A stretch of DNA of 63,447 bases from Catajapyx aquilonaris (taxonomy: Eukaryota), in NCBI GenBank assembly GCA_000934665.2, contig KZ538536.1:1-63447 (forward strand). The letters run 5' to 3'. The notes beneath the pieces were generated by a model. It searched no databases and had not been told where the DNA came from. It saw only the letters and a program-made list of their open reading frames with translations. Below are positions 12,437 to 25,524 of this stretch, in pieces. How positions within the stretch are numbered: position 1 is the first letter of the stretch; each line of letters opens with the position of its first letter. Made by a program: the position numbers and the translations under genes.

Positions 12437-12880
12437 TCACCTTTCTGAACCTGCGAACTGAGCGATGATAATCACATATGTCACAATTGATGACATCATC
12501 TGGTGGAATGAAATGAACATTGTTAAACAATGGTGTAAATAACATGCTGAAAAAATAATAACATGTTTCTTTTAAACTCGTCTTACTGCAAGATAGTGAA
12601 CTATAAATTCTTACCGCAGATATGATTTTTTTATTAATGGAAAAAAATCCGGTAGATATTTCCACCTTATGTTGTGTCATCCTGGTTGTGAGTTGACGAA
12701 TTTGCATTTGGTCCTGCCAACGTATTTACTGGTGACCATGGAACGTTGTGCTATGGTCTATGCTGGTGATCACTTTTCTGAAGATCTTAGTTATGATAAT
12801 AATGAAATATGTAAGTTGACATGTAAGTTTGCCCATCACACAAGTCGCAAATATTACAACATTGCTTTTTAGAAAGCACT
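12437..12880 (-). pseudogene. Gustatory receptor relics (two deleted copies)
   Basis: One relic has partial exon 2 (~12720-12615, QIRQLTTRMTQHKVEISTGFFSINKKIISA) and exon 3 (12499-12437, MMSSIVTYVIIIAQFAGSER*) but no exon 1. At ~12770-12875 an exon-1 end (KSNVVIFATCVMGKLTCQ) is fused directly to a TYFIII remnant. Confidence 0.85.
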
Positions 12881-13102
12881 GTAACGACAACTTATACAGT
12901 ATAATAAAGGCTGAAAGCAATATTATTTAAGACAATTGGGCCTCTTGCAACCACCTTTGATCGATAGGTAGCTTAGCAATTCCATTCCTTATTTATTGCC
13001 AGTCAACTGAAAGGACACCACGCCTTGGGACTTGTCAATTATTGCTGGAGTATTTTCCATCACCAGTATAGAAGGGAAGACACACGATCTCGGACGCCAA
13101 CA

Positions 13103-13957
13103 ATGGACGTGTACGACTCTCTTCGTCCTTCTGTGCTGGCCTTCAGGGCATTGGGACTATTCCCAGTGGTCAACACCAGAAGAGGTCCATACAAGAGGAG
13201 CTGGACACTCACAATCTTGCCCCCGATCGTCTTCGTCGGTGTTAATCTGGCCTGGATGGTGGGTTATGATAATTTGGAAGAATACACTTCTGGTAACTCT
13301 GTTGCGGTGGCCGGTCTCATCGACTTGGTCAATGTAACCCTGACGGTTGTCACGTTGTACATCACGCTTCAGGTCAAATTCAACACAGCCTGTGACTTGG
13401 TGTCCAAACTGCATGAATTTGACCTGACAACCAGAGGAAATGTAGAGGTCAACCGGAAAATAAGGGTTGCGGGATGGGCCTATGTGGTGACGCTTATTGG
13501 GATCAGTCTTATCCACGTTGTCTTGGTGTACTTTGCATTCTGGTCAGGCTATCAGGTACTATATGCAATACTGTTCCTGACGTGTGAGTTGTTTTACATA
13601 ATGCCTCAAGCGACCCTCATCCAAGCAGTGTTTTTCTCCGAGTCGATCAGGCTTCGTCTAGAGTCAGTCACACGTGAAATCAGAGAAGTGATTCAGACCC
13701 TTCAAGCCACGTTTCCTCCGCCGGATAAGGACCAGCAGGCACCAGTTCGACGGTCTACTGTCCGACCTTTGACCCGTCTCAGCGGTGAATTCGATTACCT
13801 CTGCAAGATGGTGTCCTGCCTCAACGACGCCTACGGTTTCGCCCTGGCCGTTTCTTATCTGCACTTCGTGGTTCAGGTAGTTTCCATGGGATCGTACTTT
13901 TTGGATACAAATATGACGAGTGCAAGTGTGGCTTTCGCGATCATTACAACCCTCACC
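13103..13957 (+). pseudogene. Gustatory receptor, 3'-truncated
   Basis: Open exon 1 from MDVYDSLRPS. Homology stops at IITTLT, about 18 codons before the paralogous splice donor. No exon 2 or 3 occurs before the next gene. Confidence 0.8.
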
Positions 13958-14305
13958 GAGCATGGTATATACGAGGATCACTATATGGAACGGTGTGTTA
14001 AATTTTCTTTTCCATATTCTAGGTGTGATCTTTATTGCATGAGAAGGTGTACCGCTTAATGTCTGTATATCGTACGTTGCACACACCTCTTCGATAAATA
14101 AAGTAATGTTCATTTTGCCCAGAGGCCTTACACCCATGTCAAAAACAATTATAGTAAAGACCTTTGATCGATGAGTCGCTTAACATTTTCTGTTCAGCCC
14201 TTATTGAGCACCAATGGAAAGACCACCACGCCTTGTGACTGGTCAATTTCTGCCACATTTGCCAGTATAGAAGAGAATAGCGACAGACGGATTAGGACGC
14301 CAACA

Positions 14306-15601
14306 ATGGACGTGTACGACTCCCTCCGTCCTTCTGTTCTCGCCTTCAGGGCATTGGGACTATTCCCAGTGGCCAACACAAGAAGAGGTCCATACAAAAG
14401 AAGCTGGACACTCACACTTTTGTCTCCGATCCTCTACGTCGGTGTTAATCTGGCCTGGATAGTGGGTTATGAAAATTGGGGAAAGTACACAGAGGGTAAG
14501 GCTGTTTTTGTGGTATGGATGATGTACTTGGTCACCATGATCCTGGCTGTAGTGACACTGTACGTCACCCTTCAGGTCAAATTCAAATCAGCTTGTGACC
14601 TAGTGTCCAAACTGCATGAATTTGACCTGGCAACCACAGGGAATGCGGAGGTCAACCGGAAGATAAGGGTTGCAGGTTGGGCATATGTGGTGACGCTAAT
14701 TGGTAACCATCTGGTTTATGTAGTCGTAGGGTCCTTCGCATTCTGTACCCGCCCTGAGGGACAAACTGTGATAAGATACCTGGCGTACGAGACCTTCGCC
14801 TTCATTCCTCAAGCGACCCTCATCCAAGCAATGATTCTCTCAGAGTCGATCAGGCTTCGTCTGGACTCAGTCGCACGTGAGATCAGAGAAGTGATTCAAA
14901 CCCTGCAAGTCACGTTTCCTCTGCCGGACAAGCACCAGGCCCCATTTGGATGGTCAAGTGTCCGACCTCTGACCCGTCTCAGCGGTGAATTCGATCATCT
15001 CTGCAAGATGGTCTCCGGTGTCAACGAAACCTACGGTTTCGCCTTGGCCATTGTTTATTTCCATTACGTGGTAATTGTCATTACCATGGGATCAGTGTTG
15101 CTGAGAGCGTCTAACACCAGTACGATTATGGCATACGTGATCATTACAGTGCTTATCAGAAGCACGATCATAATATTCGTGACATGTGTTATGGACCAGC
15201 TTTCACGTCAGGTAAGTGAGACTCTGTTACCACAAGATGAAAACGTGTGATTTAAATTCATTATACTCTTAACAGGCCTCGTCTCTACTGCATGACCTCC
15301 GTATGATTGACCTGTCCTGCTTCAGTTGGCCGGACCAAATGCGAATCCGTGACCTCATGAAGAAAGTGACTTACCCTCCATTGGAAATTTCTGCAGGATT
15401 TTTTTCCGTTACAAAGAGGATCATACTTGCGGTGAGAATAATAAAGTGCCATGTCACTTGTCAACAATAATAATCTAATTTTTTAAAATGACTCCTTAAT
15501 ACTAATTGTTACTATTGTTATATATTTATTCCCAATAGATGCTGTCATCAATAGCAACATACTTCATCATCATCGCTCAGTTCAAAGCTTCAGAAAAGTA
15601 G
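14306..15601 (+). CDS. Gustatory receptor, intact, 374 aa
   Basis: Exons 14306-15211, 15276-15431, 15539-15601; C-terminal TYFIIIAQF. Confidence 0.92.
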
Positions 15602-15866
15602 TGATCACGTTAGCGCGCCTTTCCATAGTCACCTGTAAAATATACTTGTCTAATGTAGTGTTGTAAATATATGACTTTGTTGCCACAAAACATCATAACC
15701 CTGACAAAAACAATTACCTCATTGGATCGATACGTAGCGTAACAATTGCTTTCGGGCTGTATTGTGCGTCTATTGAAAATACTTTTTGCCTTGTTGGGAG
15801 TAATTTTCTATACCGAATTGGTTTCGACCATAACAGTTGAAGGGAAGAGACAGTTGGACGTCAACA

Positions 15867-17199
15867 ATGGACGTGTACGACTCCCTCCGTCCTTCTCTTC
15901 TCGTCTTCAGGGCATTGGGACTATTCCCAGTGGCCAACACAAGAAGAGGTCCATACAAAAGAAGCTGGACACTCACTCTCTTGCCTCCGATCCTCTTTGT
16001 TGCAGCAAACGTGGCCTGCAGCCTGGGTTTTAACGAGTGGGAATATTACACTTCGGGTAACGCTTTTGCAGTAGTCGGTTTCATCGACTTGATCAATGTG
16101 ACCCTGACGGTTGTCACACTGTATGTCACTCTTCAGGTCAAATTCAACCCAGCCTGTGACCTGGTGTCCAAACTGTATGAATTTGACCTGGCAACATCAG
16201 GGAATGCACAGGTCAACCGGAAGATAAGGGTTGCTGGTTGGGCATATGTGGTGACACTAGTTGTCATAATTTTGGTGCAGGAGATCTTGGCGTACTTCGC
16301 ATTAATGTCAAGCTTTCAGACAAAGGATATGATAGCGTACCTGCCGTACGAATTGTACTACTTCATGCCTCAAGCAACCCTCATCCAAGCCACGTTTCTG
16401 TCCGAGTCGATCAGGCTTCGTCTAGAGTCAGTCGCACGTGACATCAGGGAAGTGATTCAGAGCCTTCAAGTCACGTTTCCTCATCCGGACAAGGACCAGG
16501 CCCCATTTGGATGGTCAAGTGTCCGACCTTTGATCCGTCTCAGCGGTGAATTCGATCATCTCTGCAAGATGGTCTCCTGCGTCAACGATGCCTACGGTTT
16601 CGCCTTGGCCGTTGCTTATCTGCACGTCGTGGTGGTGGTCATTACTATGGGGTCCCTCCTTTTGGAGGAAGAGAATAACACTATTGCAATTAGTGCATTC
16701 GCGATCATTACAACTCTTACCAAAAGCACTGTTGTACTATTTACGACGTGTGTGATGGACAAACTTCCTAGTCAGGTAAGATTATGTAATGTTTTTCTCA
16801 ACCACCACGGCCAATACAAGATGATAACCATTAAATAAAGCTCATTATTCTTAACAGTTCTCATGTCTCCTGCACGACCTCCGCATGATTGACCTGTCCC
16901 GTATCAACTTGCAAATGCAAATGCAAATCCGTGACCTCACAATGAAGGTGACCTACCCACGAGTGAAAATATCTACCGGATATTTTGCCATTAAAAAGAA
17001 TATCATAATGGCGGTGAGAAAAAAAGTACAATATGTCACATTGTATTCAAAATGAATCGCCAATTATTACAGTGTATCAGTGCCTGCTCTACTAGTAGTT
17101 ACTAAAATGTCATTTTTCTTCCAACAGATGTTGTCATCAATAGCGACATACTTCCTCATCATCGCTCAGTTCAGAGCTTCAGAAAAGAGATCACCATAG
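15867..17199 (+). CDS. Gustatory receptor, intact, 378 aa
   Basis: Exons 15867-16775, 16858-17013, 17128-17199; C-terminal TYFLIIAQF. Confidence 0.92.
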
Positions 17200-17561
17200 C
17201 ACACCATTTCAAAAAGTCACTTGTAAAAATACAGCATATTTCAATTAAAAAGAATGAGTGAGTTCGGCGAGGCCATTATAGTGTATATGTCATGGGAATG
17301 TTTGTCGCCTCCTTTCTTACATTCTGCACAATCCCAATAAATGTGTTGTAAAGATGATTTTGTTCCCACAAAACCTCGCAACCCTGGCAAAGACAATTAT
17401 TGGAAAGCATTTGGTCGATTCGTAGCGTAACAATTGCTTTCGATCTCCATTGTGCGTCTATTGAAAAGAATATTTACGCCTTGTTTACGAGTAATTTTCT
17501 ACTGAATTGGTTTCTACCATAACAGTTGAAAGGAAGCGACAGACGGATTCAGACGCCAACA

Positions 17562-18915
17562 ATGGACGTGTACGACTCCCTCCGTCCTTCTGCGCTGGCC
17601 TTCAGGGCATTGGGACTATTCCCAGTGGCCAACACCAGAAGAGGTCCGTACAAGAGGAGCTGGACACTCACCATCTTGCCTCCGATCCTCTTCGTCATAG
17701 TAAACATGGCCTGGATCGTGGGTTATGAAAATTGGGAATATTACACTTCGGGTAATGCCACTGCAGTAGTGGATTTCATCGACTTGATTAACGTCACCCT
17801 GACGGTTGTCATGTTGTACATCACCATTCAGGTCAAATTCAACCATACGTGTGACCTGGTGTCCAAACTGCATGATTTTGACCAAGGAACATCATGGAAT
17901 GTAGAGGTCAACCGGAAGATAAGGGTTGCTGGATGGGCCTATGTGGTGATGCTTATTGGCATCATTCTGCTCCATGAAGTCTCTGCATATTTTGTATTCT
18001 GGTCAGGCTTTGAGGCAAAGGATGTCGTAGTGTATCTGGCCAACGAGATGTTCTGCTTCATTCCTCCGGCGACACTCATCCAAGCAGTGTTTCTCTCCGA
18101 GTCGATCAGGCTTCGTCTGGATTCAGTCACACATGAAATTAGGGAAGTGATTCAGACATTTCAAGTCACTTTTCTTCCGCCGGACAAGGACCAGGCGCCA
18201 GTTGGATGGCCAAGTGTCCGACCTTTGACCCGCCTCAGCGGTGAATTCGATTACCTCTGCAAGATGGTCGCCTCTGTTAACAATGCCTTTGGTTTCGCCC
18301 TGGCCATTGCTTATCTTCACTTCGTGGTATCGGTTGTTACCACCGGATCACTATTGATGCAAGCAGACAACACAAGAGCTTCTGTCGCATACGAGGTCAC
18401 TGCAACACTGAACAAAAGCATGATCATAATATTCACAACATGTATGATGGACAAACTTCCATGTCACGTAAGAATATAAATCGTCTATGGTTTTTCTCTC
18501 TTCTGTGGGATACATGTAGCAACACTGGGGTTGAGAACTGATCATATTTTAAAATAAGGTGATAGCATGCAGCAATGTGATAGCCCATAAATAAATCTCA
18601 TTACCCTCAACAGGCCTCGTGTCTCCTGCATGACCTCCGAATGCTAGATTCATCCTGCCTCACTTGGCCTGACCAAATGCAGATCCGTGATCTCATAATG
18701 AAGGTGACATACCCTCAAGTGGAAATATCTGCTGGATTTTTTGCCATTAAAAAAAGGATCATACTTGCGGTGAGAAAGAAATCTTAACAGAAATATAATT
18801 GCATGTAATATTCTTTTGCGTTATTGCTACTAATTCTATATTTTTCCCATAGATGTTATCATCAATAACGACGTATTTCATCATCATCGCCCAGTTCAAA
18901 GCTTCAGAAAACTGA
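17562..18915 (+). CDS. Gustatory receptor, intact, 374 aa
   Basis: Exons 17562-18467, 18614-18769, 18853-18915; C-terminal TYFIIIAQF. Confidence 0.92.
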
Positions 18916-19714
18916 TCACCGTAGCAAACCGTTCTATTATCACTTGTAAAATGTGCACTTTAAGTATTTTGGTGCTCAAAAGTTGCACACTTTTATTGAC
19001 ACTATCGTGAAATAAATATGCAGAAATGTCATTCTTTAGTTCTCTTTCATCTACTGTACATAATACCACATAATACAGTACATCGTATAGAGTATTATCA
19101 TGAAAACGATAAGTTTATAAAAAAAATTTCTGCTGCTCATTGCTCGAATCATGCAATTTCCACTTGACTTTACACAATAGCCATTTATTGTCGTTTTTTT
19201 CTATATGTATACCTAATTCTCAACTGTGAACATGAGGTTCTTAGAAATCAATAAAGTGGGTGTAATTTATTGTTTAGCAGTGAAAATGTCCTCATACTGT
19301 ACCGCTAAACCAATTTCACGTCTCTGCCAAGAATGTCATTCAGTCAATAAAATGCGGAGAGTAATCAGCCACAGTCTCATTATCGATTCCTTCAGACACC
19401 ATGAAAACATCTTCGCACACTTCAATAAGTATAAATATTCATTAAAATATTTAAAAGCCAACCCAAGCGGATAATAAGAGGCTAATGAAGTAATGAGAGA
19501 TCAGAAAGGACACAGTCCTTCATTTATATTTGATACTTCCAAAGCACACATTTTTAAAAGACCATAGACCCTTCGATAGACTTGCAATTCACAGCATAGG
19601 CTATTTATGGCGGAAACAAAACTGAATATTTTAAAACCTCCATGTCAGAATGCGTGCCCTTTAATTGGGTAAATAAGTCGCACTAAATAATCCATAAGTC
19701 GCTATGTAACAAGC

Positions 19715-20274
19715 TTCCCTCCTCACATTTCGTCCAGGTCATGGGCAGGTATGGCTTGCACTGTGCATCTCCTGATGCCCTCCACACCTTCAGGTTTTGC
19801 TCAGCTGCTCTTGCTCATGTACACTGGGTCGAAGGTCAAGCTGGTTCCAGGAGAAGCCAGGTTCTTCATCCATATTCAAGCAGCGAAGACTGATCAGGTA
19901 CTTCGTGATGACTTTAGTGGTGCCAACAAACACTGACTTTGACAGGAGAATGACAAACGGTACGTGGCATGGAGGAACTAGCATCTGGAAAAGCGGATAG
20001 CACATCCTCAATTATGTTCACAGAGGACACGTATCGTTACAATTTCTTGTTGTATCCTGTACTGTACATGCACGACACATTTTTAACCAGATTCTCTCAG
20101 AGAAAAATGTTAAGCTGGGATGTGAAACTTCTGCACAAACCATATTCATTACTCTCTTGGACAATGTTACTCTTCACAATAATCTTCTGCTGGATCGTCC
20201 TGCATTGCTTCATAGATACGAACATAGATTCCGCTACAAGTGATAGTCAGAGAAGAACACGCAACACAAATTGA
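19715..20274 (+). pseudogene. Ionotropic receptor relic, internally deleted and frameshifted
   Basis: CTVHLLMPSTPSGFAQLLL..KLVPGEARFFIH aligns with CTLHLIFPSTPSSFPQLLM..MSPGQDRFMVH of the IR at 39666. NGTWHG matches NGSWEG. TFLTRF..LSW..LHKPYSLLSW matches TFLTRR..VSW..FQPYKMLFW. Confidence 0.8.
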
Positions 20275-21035
20275 AGTCAATTATTGACTCTGTATAAGTC
20301 AGTACAGGGTTACTGTAATATTATAGTAAAAATAATATTATTATTATAATGGTTGTTGTTGAACCGATTGTATATAATAGTTATTATACATATTAATAAA
20401 TCCCTGCATCTCATATTGTTTTTGTCAAATATTGTTCAGTCTTGCAATATCCGCCTGTCTGAATAAAATTGAATGGCTTCAAGGTATTTTAACAGTACAA
20501 CAACATTCGTGAACAAGTCTCGTGCCTTCCCTAAGGTAGCACGTACTGGAAAATTTGAGCCCTACTTCACACAGACGCAGCGTCCGAACCACTCAGCAAT
20601 CAAGGTGGGAATGTTTTAATAATAATATAATTACTCAGTTAGGGTGCGTCAAATTCCATGAGCTCCTTAATACTGAATGTCCGCTGCCAGTGCGGCAATG
20701 AGCCCATTCTGGCCAGGGTATTTCTGAAAAATCTGGAAGATTATGGGCCACGACCTGTTGGCTCAACCATGGACTCTCCTGTGTGGAAACAAATCATATT
20801 AATAAAACGACATTACCGGAGGGGGACGTATAAAAAAGACCCACAAGTTTTGATTCTCCTTTGCCTCCATTGTTTATCTTACATTAAATACATAACTCAT
20901 AATATCACCTTCCAACCCCCGTCCAAAAGAACTTGCAATTATTAATCCTCTCAATAAATCCTGGAACCAAAACTCCGATTCTCGCTCATTCATTTTTTCT
21001 TCTTCTTCTTATTTTCCTGAAGCCGTAATATCTTC

Positions 21036-24000
21036 TCAGCAGGTGCAATCCCTGGACTGGTAAAAAAGAATGTATCCAGTTTCTGATGACTTTTGAATGT
21101 CAGACGTGAGTCCATAGAACTCTTCTATTGCAGATGCATCTATTTTCTGTGCAAGAGAAAAGGACATGAATTAGTTAAAGTGCGCCCCGTTAATAATTTC
21201 GTGTCGACGTATGCCAGATATTTCACTTACATCGACCATGTCATCATCAAAGAGCAGCCAGAAGCCGTGACTCTTGACAATGCTGATGTAGTGACCTCTG
21301 TTGGGTCCACTGCCACAGTGGATCACTACAGCAACCAGGTCGTACAGGCGGTCTGGGTTCACAGCATCATCCGACTATAAAATTGCGACAATACAGATTG
21401 TTTGGTTTGCAAATAAATCACTTGGCCTTACAGAGTAAAATGTAAGTTAGGAAAATCGGTACTGACCGTGTTGAACAGCCTGAGTTCGAGTGGAAATACG
21501 ACCCTATGCGAGACTTTGATGTGCCTATTGTACTGCTCCATGTACTTGAACCTCTTGAGGTGCAGGGCAAGTATCATGGGCAGCTTCTTGACTCGCATTC
21601 TCTTCTGCGCTTCCTGGTAGCTGCAGCAGTTGTCACATTTGAACTTGTTGTCACTGCATAGTGTCTCTGTATTGCTGAAGCACCTCAAGCAGTGCGTTAT
21701 CGAAGTGTTCTGATCAACGTCCACCTGCAGGTCGAAGAAGTCCTCGTCCTTGCTGCTCACCTGCAGAAGGTAATGACAATAATTAGGTACTTCACGATTC
21801 ACACAGAGAGCTAAAAATATTGAACTAAGTGACTAACGGGTCGGCACCAAAGACTATGTTAATGTTTGTTTGTTACACTTAAGAGAGTACTGCATATTGC
21901 GGGAGTGAAAATTGCTGAAATTTAAAAAATTATATTGAATGGGAATGAAAATAAATTAGAACCTGCTTAATTTTTACTGCCTATTTAACCCTCGGATGGT
22001 GACGTAGCCATTTTTTGTGACCACGGCCACCTTTAGCCCCTGTAAGGTCACAAAAATATGTGAAAAATATCACATGATCATCTATCCATGTTCTATAAGT
22101 TCCCGAAAATTTCAATTTTGTGTCGCTTGTAGTTACAGATATATAAAAATTAAATACGGAGGCGGGAGGAAGAAAAGTTGCTATTTCCATTACATAACTG
22201 CTCATTAAAGTATTCATGTACATCATAAACATTCTCAAAATGAATGAAACTTCACAACGGTACGGATCCTCCTGCTATATATTGTATTTGGCTATTAATG
22301 ACGCCTCTTGTCAAGGTCAAATTGCATGACCTTTGACCTTTCTTGCCTCTCATGTCGTAAAACTGCTACAAAAATAACGCGGCCTTCCATAATTTGTTTA
22401 GTACGTGATCTTACAATCTCAATTGTGTTTTTCTAGTACTGTCGGAGATAAACAAGATTGGCAAATCACGCGAGCATGATTTGAGTATACTTTTCCTTAT
22501 TGGGCAGCAGAAAATGAGGCTGACAAACACGCTGCGACATGATACAATATTCTAATTGGACCACAATGACATTGATTGCTTTCAGTCTCATTTCTCATTG
22601 ACAAGGAACCCAATTTATACGGTTAGGCCCAACCTGGCTGTAGATTTTACTTTGGCAGATATAGTGAACCCAGAAAGGAAGTTGGCCATGAAGCATAATT
22701 ATTTAGGGTTACGCTAAATCCGAATCCTGAAACTGTCTGTCGTTATCTCTTGCAGTTTAGGCCCTGTGTACCTGCCCATCATTGGCGCAGACTCCCTTAA
22801 ACATTTCAACTTGCTCATTGATTTCCGAGCCCGCCGCCTCATCGACGTCACCGCCAACACATCCAGTACAGGGAGTCTCCATGCCTTCCCCATCCATGGC
22901 CTCGTGTACAAGTTGGACACCCCCGACCCATATTCCACCCTGCTGCGCAGTTTCCCGACCCTCATCACGCCCCCACAGAGCGACTGTGCTGTCCAGCACT
23001 CCGTACAGCATCATATTGAGACCTCCGGGCCACCCGTATTCGCCGAACCATGCCGGCTATCACTTGAGAAGCTGGCACAATCGAAGGCGGAGTTCGACCA
23101 CATGTTGCAGCTCGGTTACGTCAGACCATCCAGCAGCCCATGGGCATCCCCCCTTCACATGGTACCGAAGAAGACCAGCGACTGGCGCCCTTGCGGAGAC
23201 TACAGGGCTCTCAATGCTGTTACCGTCCCCCACATTCATGATTTCACAGCATCCATATAGATACAGTACATTCGACAGAGAGCTGCTGGCCATATACTCT
23301 GCCATCAAACATTTTCGACACCTGCTGGAAGGACGCCCATTCCACTTCCTCACCAATCACAAACCCTTGACCTGTATTTTCCGTACCCACAACGACAAAC
23401 TCTCTCCCCGCCAATGCCGCCATAGCACCTTCATATGCGAATTCACAACAGACCTCCGTTTCAACCCCGGCGCCGATAACACCCTAGCTGATGCTTTGTC
23501 CCGGCCCATGCTGGCAACAGTGGATACTTGCACCGAGGAAGACATCGCCCGAGCGCAAGAGACAGACCAACCGAGCCCACGCTACCCACGTCAGCCAACT
23601 TCGAGTACTCCAGCGCATCAGGCCAAAGCCGACCTCCAGACACGGGCCAACGTCCTGTTTCATCCATCCGGGGCTGCCTCACACGTGTTTGTAAGACACG
23701 ACGCCACCCGCACGCTCCTTCAGCCACCCTACAACAGGTCGTATCTTGTCCGAGAGAGGAACGACAAGCATTTCACGGTGTAGATGGAAGAGAAGAAAAG
23801 CAACATCTCCATCGACCGCCTCAAACCGGCCTTCATTGAGGAGCAGCCAGCACTGGAGGAGGACGGCCAGCTCCGGTAGGTGCCTACTGCAGCTTCTGAG
23901 ACGACGTGGAACCCTGCCCGCCTATGGTATATGAATCTAAACATCTTTGGTCGGCACAGTAATTAATCACGCGGTATGCCACTAAAGTTTGGCCACATGA

Positions 24001-24859
24001 GCATTGCTACCAAATGTTGGGATGAAGGCAGTGCAAAAGGGACTCACCGTCTCACAATTGAGACACCTGGTCTCGCTTGTGAGTATTCCCTGGAAAATCT
24101 CGTGCACCCAAGTCGGATCGGGAGGTGCTTCTCCGGCTCCGCTGCCTCCACTGCCGAATCCCCTTTGCGGATGAGGCGCATGGTTGTGCTGGGTGTGGTT
24201 GTGGTGCAAGGCGGAGAGGAAGTCCCTCCCTCCGTTGTTGCCGCCGTTGGACTTGCCCATGGACTTGGCCTGCGTGCTCTGCTGCCTCTCAGCCAGGATG
24301 ATCTCGTTGATGTGGTTTATGAGGAAGTTGAGGAACTCGTGCGCATCCTGCTGCATGTAGTTGTCAAACTCTTCCTTCTCCTTGCGCAATCGGGCGATAA
24401 ACTTCTTAGGCGCGATGGACCCCACCTTCTTCTTCTGGGTTGCAATCGAGTGGAAGAGGTCGGCCAAGCAGGTCAGGAGGGTCTCCTTAGTCCTCTTGTT
24501 CTTCGCCTTGTACTCCAGCACCTTGTCTCGGAATGGCTTGCAAAAGTACAGCGCCTGAAGCACCGAGTTGCTGTAGCACGTGTTGCCAAACTAGATGCGA
24601 AACACATGTTAATAACTCCGTATGAGAAAATGACGAAGCTGGAGACTCACATTGACCAATCCGAAGTAGTGTTCGTTAGGTGGGAACTGGTCGGCGCCAA
24701 TCTCCCTCTCCAGCTGGGAGACGTTCCCGCCCTGCAACACACAAGACTTTCCCTTCCATATTGTCACCTTCCGTTCGGGTCACAAGTGCCCAGGTCACAA
24801 TCGGAAAGGGTCAACAGGACCATCCCACACGACCAACGACCAAGAGTTGTACTTACCAT
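21036..24859 (-). CDS. USP46: Ubiquitin carboxyl-terminal hydrolase USP12/USP46 orthologue, 391 aa
   Basis: Exons 24859-24857 (ATG only), 24731-24651, 24590-24048, 21760-21467, 21374-21231, 21146-21036. Cys box [27 protein letters not shown], His box [11 protein letters not shown], and [10 protein letters not shown]. Invertebrates have a single USP12/46 co-orthologue. Confidence 0.96.
22766..23879 (+). mobile_element. Degenerate Ty3/Gypsy LTR-retrotransposon pol fragment, antisense in a USP46 intron
   Basis: RT N-terminus ([29 protein letters not shown]), RNase H ([32 protein letters not shown]) and integrase C-terminus ([15 protein letters not shown]). The RT and integrase cores are deleted, there are stops, and no LTRs are seen. 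Confidence 0.93.
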
Positions 24860-25039
24860 GTTGAGTAGTTGAGCCGTACTCCTTCCTGCAATGCACAAAT
24901 TGGGTTATGAGCATCGGACGGTACACAATTGCGTACAGAGTGCGTACCACAGTGAGTGATCCAGCAGGTGGGCGTGGAGGCAGCAAGGGCAGAGGCGGGG
25001 GCAAGGAGGGCCGTGGGCAGGGGCATCCAAGTAGACGAC

Positions 25040-25213
25040 TCTTCCACTTCCTCCTCTACTTCCCCTACGACTACTCTTGGGTCTCCGTCCCTCTCTTCCT
25101 CCTCCTCTTCCTCTTCCTCTTCTTCTTCCCGCTCCTCCTCCTCCTCCTCCTCCCCTCCCCCGCTGAGAGCGCACCTCCCTCCCCCTCCTCCCCCTTCCCC
25201 TCCTCCTTCCCCC
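25040..25213. repeat. Polypyrimidine/polypurine (CCT/CTT)n low-complexity tract in the probable USP46 5' leader exon
   Basis: Directly visible. It lies in a putative exon 25301-24857 (acceptor tttttcttgactttcag on the minus strand). Confidence 0.8.
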
Positions 25214-25482
25214 TGGTGATCAGATGAACCCGCCCAACCCAGTCGCTTCTCTTCCCACTCGCTCGACCAGATTGGCATTACAGGCCCACCTTCACTGAGC
25301 CCTGAAAGTCAAGAAAAAGCACCGGTTAATCATGTAGAGCAATTAAAAAGAAAAAAGCCTTGTCAAAGTACACGTGACATGAAAAATGCGAGATGGAAAA
25401 TTATTGAGTTGCCAGAAAATATCGCATTTTAATTTGTCTGGATTTCAACCAGACTTCACGCCTCGTAATTGGACGGCGTTTC

Positions 25483-25524
25483 GCAATAATGAGTCAACCC
25501 ACATGTGGGTTGACTCATTATTGC
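25483..25524. repeat. Perfect 42-bp palindrome containing two AP-1-type TGA(G/C)TCA sites
   Basis: gcaataatgagtcaacccacatgtgggttgactcattattgc. Weak outer inverted arms (ggacggcgtt/aacaccgtcc) suggest a collapsed MITE. Confidence 0.9.

Noticed and set aside
21985..22712. piggyBac-like element starting TTAACCCT in the USP46 intron
   Set aside because: No matching right TIR with TTAA was found.
23976..24872. 298-aa plus-strand ORF
   Set aside because: Antisense shadow of GC-rich USP46 exons; no recognisable motif.
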